From: Trichoplax adhaerens
Taxonomy: Eukaryota; Animalia; Placozoa
Assembly (NCBI RefSeq): GCF_000150275.1
Contig: NW_002060951.1
Coordinates: forward strand, 989,186-1,053,185
DNA: 64,000 bases
Direction: 5' to 3'
In this document: positions 39,601 to 50,354 of the stretch, piece after piece
Position numbering within the stretch: the first letter of the stretch is position 1
How the letters are laid out: each line of letters starts with the position of its first letter
Notes under the pieces: model-generated
Seen by the model: the letters and a program-made list of their open reading frames with translations, nothing else
What the model was told of the DNA's origin: nothing
Databases searched by the model: none
Translations under genes and position numbers: made by a program

Positions 39601-42600
39601 TCATTTTCAATCTCATCTACCATCCACGTCCTTGCGGTTTATACTTTAGGCAATAGTGCATTCTCTATTTTATCGTCTTACAGTTAAAGTCTTTTGGTAG
39701 TTTTCAATCTCATCCGCATCCATATCCTAGCGATTGATGTTTTAGGCAATAATGCATTCTCATCTTGCTGTTCAAACTCTTTTTATCATTTTCAATCTCA
39801 TCTGCATCCATGTCCTTGCGGTTTATGCTTTAGGCAATAATACGTAGTTGATTCTCTACTTCATCATCTTACTGTTGAACTCTTTTGGCAGTTTTCAATC
39901 TCATCTCTCTACTTGCGGTATCGATTGATGCCGCCTCCATGACGCATTTAGTAGATGAAAAATCTTTCTCTAAATATTGACTGACTGCAGCTGATCAAGT
40001 TTCGGCTGTAGAATGCATCATTTGAGAACATGTTGCATCACCTAATCCATTCCTTTAGAGGAAATCAACATTCAACTTAATTGAACGGCTGTTGTAAAAT
40101 GGTAAATACTTTTGACGCCATGTAGCAGCTAAACTCAATTTGATTGCGACCAAAATAGTTAATAGTGAAGTCATTTTTTCTGTGTAGAAGAAAACATTGA
40201 GGAATGAAAGCGTTCATGTTAACACCTGCAATATTGGATTTATTCTACGCTTTCAACGAGAATTTCACTTGTGCAGATGGTAGAGCGAGTAGTAAAATTG
40301 AACATTGGTAGAGTGCGATAGCAGAATGCTACTTTAAGATGTAGACCGAGTGCAGCTGGTTCAAGTATAAATAACCTTAGTCAACATGAAGAAAAGAATG
40401 TAAACAGCTCTTTTAATGGTGCAATAACTAAGCGTTTCCTTTCAATCTTTTGTCGACTTGACTGCAGTACAAGTATGGAGGAAAGCGACAAGACCACTAC
40501 AGTAACCATTTGATTGACAATATCAACAAGCACAGAATGGATTGAAAGAGCTTATGAAATTCTTTTATTGCAATCCATTTTATACCCTTTGCAAGTGGCC
40601 ATTCTGTAACAACACGGAAGGAAGTACAGTAGTTCTGAAAGCAACTTGCCTTTAATTTTCCCCCCCCCCCAAAAAAAGAATTTTCTTCTACAAGAAAAAA
40701 AGTTTACTATTCTTGAATGGAGTCCTTTCATAGATTGAAGAGTAAAACACATGCTGTACATTGCTGTACAACATGTGAAATTGTCCCCCCACCAAAAAAG
40801 AAGAATTTTTTTGTACAAGAAAAAAACGTTTACTGTTCTTTAATGGAGTCCTTCCATACATTGAAGAGTAAAACACCCAAAAAGAAGAATTTTCTTGTAC
40901 AAGAAATAAACGTTTACTATTCTTGAATAGAGTCCTTCCATAGATTGAAGGGTAAAACACATGCTGTGCATTGCTGTACAGCAGGATAAAAACGTTTACT
41001 ATTCTTCAATGGAGTCCTTCCGTAGATTGAAGAGTAAAATACATCATGTACATTGCTGTATAGCATAAGAATCAAGTCCACAAAATTAAAAAGAAGAATT
41101 CTCTTCTACAAGATAAAAACGTTTACTATTCTTCAATCAAGTTCTTCCGTAGATTGAAGAGTAAAATACATCATGTACATTACTGTATAGCATAAGAATC
41201 AAGTCAACTCGTAGGATACTCTTTCCATTGCCAAAATGATAGAAAATAAAATAAAAAAAATAGAGCAAGACAAGATACATGACCCAGACTTTGGATTGAG
41301 TCAAGTTGGCTTTTTCACTACAAAATGACAACACCCTAAGGCTAAATTAAATGGAAGGGTAAACTATTCTGGCCAATTCTATGATACAACCATTTGATTG
41401 AAAAAAAAATGAACAAATTGCTATTCTTAACAAAGTGGCTTTCTAATTGCAAATAGTATTTACAGTCTACTGTACATATTATTCAAGTAACAAGAGATTA
41501 ACACACCACCTTGAATACTAGTTAATGAAGTAATGCTGTCGCACAATTCTACAAATAGAAATGGACGAGATTGAAGGTGATTCTTGACCCTTGCTATCAT
41601 CACTGGCATCCAGTACACTAGCAAAATTGCTTTATTGCAAATAAGCTGTACAACATCTTAACGTAGTCATTCAAGGCGATTGCAACCTATTCTCGACCCT
41701 TGCTGTAATTACCAATATGCAATACAGTAAGAAAACTAGTTCATTGCAAAGAATGCAAAATGATTCACAAATAGGTCATGCAAGATCTCCCTTAACATAG
41801 TAATATTGGGCTTTTTTTTTCCCATTGCCAATGAACCAAAATTCAAATCAGAATAAAAACTACCTTTGGCACTTTTTGACCCCAAAAACTAAAGCGTCTA
41901 TACTGTAGACTCTATCTGCCCTACTTTTGATTGAAATAATGCAAGTTTTCTATTGCAAAATTATAAAATAAGACAAAGTTAAAAGACTATTCTCGATCGA
42001 TCCTTCCTTTCATGAATCAAGTAGGCAAGTGATAGGCTTGCTTTTTCCCCCCCCCCCCCCATTACCAATGGAGAGAAATTGAAGTAAAAGAATGATGGCT
42101 ATATATATGGCTATCCTACACACTTTTCAGGAAGTAACATAAGTGTTTTCCATGGCAACATTATTACAGCAAGATGTGATTTAAGACCATTCTCGACACT
42201 CGCTACAAAGTTCCGTAACTCGTTGATTGCAAAATTATTCAAAGGGAAGAGTCTTTCACAGCACCTTACATGGGAGTTATTCAAGCTAAGGAAAAGACTA
42301 TTACACTATCTTGAACACTGGTCATTGCAAAATTCTAATAAAGACTGTTATTGCTTTCACAGCAACTTGCATGCAAACCAATTCAGAAAAGACCACCTTC
42401 AACACTTGTCATTACAAAATCATAAAGAAGAAAAAAAAAAGGGACTCTTGTTTCTTTGACAGTAACTTGCATGGAGTGATTCAATTAAGTGTCAGAAAAG
42501 ACGAGTGGAAATTTCCAGTAGTCTAGGATTGGACCGTGTTTGCTATTGGAAGAAATTTTAGTTGTCATTGCAAAATGATAAGTAAAATGATGCATTCTAC

Positions 42601-45600
42601 AGCATTTCTTGACCATGCATGTCCTGTCGTAGTTTAGGATGTATCCTTCTCCATGAAAACCTAATAAGAATTTCTCCATAGACTACAGCAATCGTTGTCA
42701 ACTCTGTGACGGCATATTGGAATTGAATGATTTGTCAGACAGTCGACATGGGCAAGTACTGTACTTTCCTGTTGCCCATCCATCCATCATGGAGGAAGAA
42801 AAATAATTTACTCCATATTGACTACCCGCAAATAGTCCATCAACAGCGATATCCATCTCTGCAATATCATCCAATGATACAAATAGAAAAGGAAAACAAT
42901 TTGCATTGTATACCATTAGGATTACTTTCTTGGCAAATAGAACCCGAGTTATAATAGCACTATCCAATCCATAGCATAAAAACAATAGCATTTGGATAGA
43001 AAGTTCAAAGAAATGCACGTTTAGCAAAGTATTTTCTTAGCATTAAGCAATATTGGAAAGAATCCTTTCAACCCTATTCACGATTTAATGATGGAGGACA
43101 ACCAACGCTTGATGTTGTCAATGGTATCATAGCCATTACAAATGGTGGCTACACAAGATGGAGGAGGGTATTGCAATTCAATTTTGAATATGGAATATCA
43201 CTTTAAAGATTGTACTCCAAGGCATTGTCCAATTGGACTTTTCATCAACTTAATTCAAAAGTAACTTAGTCAGTAGGATTGTCTATTTTGGGCTTGCGAT
43301 ACAATATGGAAACAAACAGCCTGTGATTTACACCTTTTCCCATCGTCTACTAGCAAGTTGGAATTATTCTCTAGACTAGCGTGATTTTTTTCTAACTTGA
43401 TTCAAAGGTAACTTAGTCAGTAGGATTATCTATTTTGGGCTTGCGATACAAGATGGAAATCAACAGCCTGCGATTTCCACTTTTTCTCCATGTTCCCATC
43501 GTCGACGACCCAGTTGGAATTAATGTCAATACTAGCGTGATTTTTTCGAACTTGATTCAAAGGTAACTTAGTCAGTAGGATTGGCCATTTGCGGCTTGCG
43601 ATACAAGATGGAAACAAACACCTTACGATTTATACATGACGTCTACAACCCAGTTGGAATTCTATTCTGTATATTTTGGACTTTTCACAACTTTAATTCA
43701 AAGGCAACTTAGTCAGTAGGATTGGCCATTTGCGGCTTGCGATACAGCATTGAAACAAACGCGCTACCATTTTCATTTGTAACTTGTCTCCATTTTCCCA
43801 TCGTCTACAACCCAGTGGGAATGACAGTATACTTAATACTAGCGTGATTTTTTCCGCATATCCTGCATACAATACTGTACTTAATCGATTGCTGATGAAG
43901 GGAGGGATGTACATCATTTTCCAACATGGTAGACATGACAGCAGATAGCGACAAAGTCATGGCTGATCTTGCCCTACAATCGATGGACTTGCTCCAACTT
44001 TGCAAAATACAAATCATCCATTCAAGCGTCATTGGAATGGAACCTTTGCCAATACTATTTCAACACATTCAAAATCGTACCCATCATTTGTACTATCCAT
44101 TCTAATCCGTTCAACATGGCCAAGTTGCATAATATATAGAAAGGAATACTGCTTTCATTCTGTACATTAGTGCAAGTAGCCCCCCCCCCAAAAAAAAAGA
44201 AAAAAAATTCAACAAAAAGCAATGATAAACTTACTGAATTGACACCAAACTGGAGCATCGAAATAAGTTCGTTTAAAACGATGATCTTTATTTTCATCTA
44301 GTTGGAGTTGGACAACAACATAACCAATTCCACATCGACGATGGCCACCGTTGAAAAAAAAAAAAAACATAATTTAAAAAAAGCGGTCAATGACGATTAA
44401 TACATTTTGGATTCTAAGTAGACGCAAGAACAGCAAGAAGGGATGGGATTGGAATGAAATTCAAAAGAAATGGTTATTTTAGGCGTGGATATTTTAATGA
44501 TAATGTAATTATGGTTATAATGACATAGAAACCGGTTATTTAGTAATCAGTTTTACTATTTTGCTACCAATTGACAGATGAAAATAGTCAATCAATAGAG
44601 GATTTCTTTTTCAACGCAAGTTCTTAGGCTGTCTAATCTGTGATTAAAACATCAATCAATGGATTGTGGAGGAGAGGTAGACAAGACATTTTACAAGACA
44701 GTCCAATCTATTTTGATTTTTTTTGTGGGGGGGGGGGGTAAAAGTTAGTGTTTTGCATGGTGGAAAAAGACCTATTCTAACGACTACTTTATTGAGGAAG
44801 GATGCTTCTAGAATCATTTTAAGGCGTCTTGACGTTGTTGTCTTCCATATCGACCATGATGGACACATTCATTATTATCCGACGTGTAAGATAGGAAGGG
44901 AGTTATTCGAAAGAATAACTCCCGACAAGCCATGACAGTCCTTGTGTTCCTAGAGAAGCTATTTTCGTCTAGGATACACATGAAGCATTTCATTTCCATC
45001 ACAAATCATGACCCAACATGTATCAATAAGAAAAGAATAGACTCAAATTAGGCTATTTGAAATTCAAAAACTGATTGGACTACGACTTTCCAACACGGCC
45101 TAGGTAGCGCAAAAATAGGACGATGATTGTAATCATCATTTTATGTGTAAGTGCAATAGCAGTTACATCGATACTGCATGTGGAAGAAATCTGGATCGAT
45201 TGAACAAATGAATTTACAAATTGGCAACGATGAAGAGGACAAAAGTGGATACAGCTGAAGGCAAACCCACCATGTATTGGTATAGCATTAGGCGATGGCG
45301 GCCATTTGATACACCAATTTAGCCCATGGCCTATATGGAAAGCGATGGTCATGAATTTGAAAATGATGCGCTAGTCTGAAAACGTTCTATTAGCGTGCGA
45401 GCGGATTGTGTACGGACATTGCTTTTACACTATCGATGGAAAATTTTCTTTTTTCCAAACTATAACTACTGTATTTCCAATTGCTTGATCAATGCAACTA
45501 CAACGAGTCGCTGCTTGATGATGGCAATGAAAGCAAGGCCATTTTTTGGGTGGAGGGGGGGGGGATTATCATTACAGTAGCATCCATTGCATTGATATCT

Positions 45601-46172
45601 CCTATCGCTAAGAGTCGATTCAAGACTTTGTAAGCATGGAAGACTAGCCTGATCGGCCATCCTACCATGTTTGTATTTTTACGGATGGGTTTTGATGCTT
45701 GTTCTTCCTCTATTCTTTTGACTTTCTTTGTACCAGTAAAGCTTGACTACAAGGAGACGTTATGCAAGTGAAATCGCTTGTACAAGTAAAAAAGAGTGTG
45801 ATACTGGTGTAGTTTAGACAAGAAACGCAACATAATCCATGTTGGAAAATTACCTTCCAAGTCTTCGGATATAGTCTGATGAACATGTTGTAGCGACGGC
45901 ATAGTGTTGGCGACGTTGGATGGCAATGGAGAATCCATTAATTGGACAAATTGGACATAATTACCAGGGAACATGCCTTTTAAGCCAGTACGAAGATTGG
46001 TACCTGTCATCCAATCTGTAGAAGCTACATCCAGCCATGCATCAAAATCGTTACCCCATTCGTAGGCATCCACAAAAATAACATCGCCATCGCCAATTTC
46101 AATTTCTCCTTCATAATCTGGATCAGGAGTAAAGGGAAAGGACGCTTTAAATTTGGCATAACGACCAGCCAT
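30644..46172 (-). CDS. PIK3R1: PI3K class IA regulatory subunit (p85-like), SH3-C1-SAM-C1-RhoGAP-nSH2-iSH2-cSH2
   Basis: SH3 exon ~45853-46172 ([23 protein letters not shown]). First C1 split over small exons (~37249-37290, ~36656-36703, ~34485-34591). Exon ~33504-34284 encodes SAM, C1 and the start of RhoGAP. nSH2 ([17 protein letters not shown]), coiled iSH2, cSH2 (FLVRES); stop at 30644-30646. Joining the SH3 exon to the rest is inferred from p85 architecture. This is a pre-duplication gene, so the symbol is approximate. Confidence 0.9.
38661..38870. repeat. Minisatellite, ~61 bp x ~3.4 (intronic)
   Basis: 'tgtgcaagtt(a/t)gtatccc' starts units at 38661, 38722, 38783 and 38845; the full unit continues tcttctacgatcttt.atgagtca.agaat.gaattgtaa. 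Confidence 0.93.
39575..39905. repeat. Diverged tandem repeat, ~90-100 bp x4 (intronic)
   Basis: 'ttttcaatctcatc' recurs near 39604, 39701, 39789 and 39892; the first three are followed by '...tttaggcaata'. Confidence 0.85.
40670..41206. repeat. Composite tandem repeat, ~85-130 bp x5 (intronic)
   Basis: A core resembling 'aaacgtttactattctt..atggagtccttcc.tagattgaagagtaaaa' recurs five times, with variable 'cattgctgta' and 'aaaagaagaatt' modules. Confidence 0.9.
43247..43855. repeat. Tandem repeat, ~150 bp x4 (intronic)
   Basis: 'attcaaa..aacttagtcagtaggatt...ggcttgcgatac' recurs near 43250, 43398, 43553 and 43694. Confidence 0.9.
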
Positions 46173-46443
46173 CTTTTACAATTGCATCATTTGACGTGGC
46201 AAAATGCAGGCGATACTAAGCAAAAATGACGATCCCAGTGGTTGGATTGCAATCAGCATGGAGATGGATTACAAACAAATTGCCATCATGGCTGCCTGCA
46301 AATCGTCTAGCCACAGAGGTTGCAAATGGAGGCACTTGAGCTAAAGTCGATCTAGCGTTCTATAGAGGGGCTTGCCGACGAGGGACTGACTTCTCCTACA
46401 CTGGTCTTCGAGTGGAGGTCTGCCACGGCCCACAGGGTGTTTT

Positions 46444-47765
46444 TAACCCTTTACTACTGCACTGACTACGGTCTGCCACGGTCGCGAGGGTGCTTTCAAC
46501 CCTTTACTACTACAATACACTGACACTGTCTGCCAGGGTCGAGAGGGTGCTTTACTACTGCCAGGGTCGAGTGGGTGCTTTACCACTGCAGTACACTGAC
46601 ACAGTCTGCCAGGGTCGAGTGGGTGCTTTACGGCACTGCAGTACACTGACACAGTCTGCCAGGGCCGAGAGGGTGCTTTCAACCCTTTACTACAGTACTA
46701 CAGTACACTGACACTGTCTGCCAGGGTCGAGAGGGTGCTTTACAGTACTGTACTGCATTTACTACAGTCTACCAGGGCCGAGTGGGTGCTTTACCACTGC
46801 AGTACACTGACTACAGTCTACCAGGGTCGAGTGGGTGCTTTACCACTACAGTACACTGACACAGTCTGCCAGGGCCGAGAGGGTGCTTTCAACCCTTTAC
46901 TACTATAGTACACTGACACTGTCTGCCAGGGTCGAGAGGGTGCTTTCAAACTGCATTTACTACAGTCTACCAGGGCCGAGTGGGTGCTTTACCACTACAG
47001 TACACTGACTACAGTCTACCAGGGTCGAGTGGGTGCTTTACCACTACAGTACACTGACACAGTCTGCCAGGGCCGAGAGGGTGCTTTCAACCCTTTACTA
47101 CAGTACAGTACTACAGCACACTGACACTGTCTGCCAGGGTCGAGAGGGTGCTTTACCACACCAGTACACTGACGCAGTCTACCAGGGCCGAGTGGACGCT
47201 TTACCACTACAGTACTGTACAGTGTACACTGACACTGTCTGCCAGGGTCGAGAGGGTGCTTTACCACTGCATTTACTACAGTCTACCAGGGCCGAGTGGG
47301 TGCTTTACCACTACAGTACACTGACTACAGACTGCCAGGGTCGAGAGGGTGCTTTACCACTTACCACTACAGTACACTGACACTGTCTGCCAGGGCCGAG
47401 TCGGTGCTTTCAACCCTTTACTACTACAATACACTGACACTGTCTGCCAGGGTCGAGAGGGTGCTTTACTACTGCATTTACTACAGTCTACCACGGCCGA
47501 GTGGGTGCTTTACCACTACAGTACACTGACTACAGTCTGCCAGGGTCGAGTGGGTGCTTTACCACTACAGTACACTGACACAGTGTGCCAGGGCCGAGAG
47601 GGTGCTTTCAACCCTTTACTACTACAGTACACTGACACTGTCTGCCAGGGTCGAGAGGGTACACTGACACTGTCTGCCAGGGTCGAGAGGGTACACTGAC
47701 ACTGTCTGCCAGGGTCGAGAGGGTGCTTTACCACTGCATTTACTACAGTCTACCAGGGCCGAGTG
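46444..47765. repeat. GC-rich modular satellite, about 27 units of ~30-65 bp, with higher-order ~190 bp organisation
   Basis: Core 'gtct(g/a)ccaggg(t/c)cgag(a/t)gggtgcttt' repeated about 27 times, joined by a small recurring set of linkers (accactacagtacactgac, caaccctttacta, actgcatttacta). Confidence 0.96.
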
Positions 47766-50354
47766 TAATGCCTTTACTGTACAGTCTTTTTGGGTGGTTT
47801 ACAGTACAGTATTTTGCAAGGATATGGACTGGACTGCCGACGGTCTGTCCGTATCCTTTCCTGCAACTTGATCAAGTGGACGCTACTCTACCAACGTGCC
47901 AAACAACCAAAATGCCTTCCAAATGGAGAGTCCAGTACGATGATCTAGCCGTAAAAGTCCAAAAAAATGGCAGGCGAGATCATTTACAAAGGTACTATGG
48001 ATGAAAACACCTTCTTTTCTACCTTGCCATGATAACTTTCAGGTACATCCACGACTGCATCGTCTATGGAGGGTAGAGTAGTGTACACCGTATTGTATCC
48101 AATGCTTGATTTGCCTTCTCAACCCAATCGAGAACACCATTCTGACGTAGCGAAAGCATCCAACTGTTGCTACAGCGATGCTGTACAAAACATCACTCCA
48201 TTCAATCCCCTTCTCTATCCTAATAACAACGATATGCCATGCAGTTCCAAGAGAGATGAGCACCATACAGCAGGCGTACTGTTTTAGTCGCTTCAAAAAT
48301 CATCTCTGAAAGTAAACAAATAAGCCATTGTGCCAAGAATTGCTGGAGTAGAAAATTTCCCCTTTCTCTCACTCCAGCTGCATCACTAAGGTTATTGATG
48401 ACCGACGCCACTGCAAATGCCCATAAGTAGAAGAGCAGATCGACCTAGTAGCTATACGCTGTATACAGCATTGTGAAAGGCAGTGTTTACTTTTTGAAAC
48501 AACTGTCAGCCAGCCTGTGCTATCTACATGCACAGCATATTACATGGACATAGCCCTTTCTAGTCAACACTGTTGTTCTCTCTTCAGTCTGGACTAGTGT
48601 GTTTGCATTATGAAAATAAGCTGTCATGACTGCATCAGATCTGATCAAGAATGACAATTCTTCAATCCAGATGTGTCAAGAGTTCGTTTCACTGGGGGAT
48701 TTACCTCTTCGGTTCATCAGGTTAATTTATTTCGATTCCGGTTTCAATTTCTTACAATTCTCCTTGAAAGCGAAACCAAACGACTATCTCTTTATTGTGC
48801 TGATTGACCCTATTATTGGATAGGATTTAGTTTGAATAAACCTTTATAGATGCTGTTATGGATGATGGACTGGTAATGTCTAGGAATTAGGGCAGATAAA
48901 TTGCATAGCTGCCTAACTGAGAAGATAACCGTATAATACTAATATCGTAACTGTATTGACACGTTCACTAATAATTTACTAATACGTATGTAATATATAT
49001 GTATATATATATATCACTTGTGGGAAAGGCAACCCGGAATAAAGAAGTGGACTCCACGCTTAAGGCTAGTTTGCAATGTCTAACCAAGTATTGCGTGATT
49101 GACCTAGTGTCGTGATAGGGAACATAACGGTTGCCTTAAAGTGTTTCAAGTTCAGCGCAGCCTTGAAAATAGATCGATGATCATTTTAATTATCCATGGA
49201 AGTAATACCCCAAATTGAAATGATTTTCAATCCATAAAAATCCCCAACTAACCCCAAGCAATATCATTCCAACAGCATGGTATGCCGATTAAGCTAGAAA
49301 CAAAACCACTATCCCTTTATTATACTGTATCATTATTGAATAAGAGCTTGTAGGAAATATGATAACGTGTTCAATGTCCAGATGAATCTTTTGCACGTAT
49401 ACTACATACTGTGAGCAAATAAAAATACAAGATATCCATACAAGCAAACCAATATACTGTACTGTCCATTTGCATAACCAAGTACAGTATATTGAAGATG
49501 ATCTCAATATAGACAGTATCCTAAATTCACATAATGGAGTTGTCAACTAATTAAAAAGAAATGTCATTCGCACAGTATGATATGCTAGGCGGACTAAGCT
49601 AATCTTTATTCAAAGTTCTCAAAAGCTTATTCTTAGATCAAGCGATTCCTATAGGCTATCTACTACACCACCCATACTGCTGTATGTAGTCGATCTATCC
49701 AATACCTGTTAATAATCATGTCCACTTAGCTAGAATGGCTTATATTATTCACTATATGCATCAGGCCCACTGTGTACACTATATACTGTACTGTTATTAT
49801 CCAGTTTGCCTGAATTGCTCGTAGCTTCGTTAAATACGCATACCAACAATAATATTTCTCCGATTTTATTGTCAATAATTCAACGTTATAAACCAAAAGA
49901 TACAGGTGCAAGGTTATAAATACAAATAGAAGCACATTACTGCATAAGCAAAGACGATACCATACGGGCCATTACCAAGGTGACCACAAGATCGTCTAGT
50001 AATCCATGACGAGAGATGGCCTATGTATACTGTAGTATATATCCACTACAATTATTGCTAAATTAATTAATACAATTCCCTTCAATTCTTTTAAACGCGT
50101 AAAACAAATGAATTTTATAGTACACACAATTTGTAATATTCATTCAATCTCTTTCAAATATCCTCCTAAAATTACTATCACTCAAGAATTCAAATCCTAC
50201 ACTTAGCATAGCGTGGAAAATGCGTCCAAAATAAACACATACGATATCATGTTATTATGGTAGATAGATAGTTCAACTCAGAATTTGTACAAATTAATCA
50301 ATTTACAATTTTCTGTATGCGGTAATAAGCAACAGCAAAAGCTTATTGACTGCC

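Noticed and set aside
43850-43920. [18 protein letters not shown] as the missing start of the first C1 domain
   Set aside because: There is no usable AG acceptor or GT donor, and a better phase-compatible CxxC exon exists at ~37249-37290.
40552-45660. Many 60-110 aa ORFs inside the p85 intron
   Set aside because: They have no recognisable domains, overlap tandem repeats and low-complexity tracts, and show no coherent exon structure or transposase/RT motifs.
46443-47734. Repetitive ORFs (YTDTVCQGR.., PSRPWQTVSVYCS) as a neuropeptide precursor or SH3-ligand protein
   Set aside because: Unit lengths are not multiples of 3, frames shift continually on both strands, and there is no signal peptide. 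These are translation artefacts of the satellite.
46444-47765. CRISPR-like array
   Set aside because: The intervening sequences are short and reused rather than unique spacers, there are no cas genes, and the context is eukaryotic.
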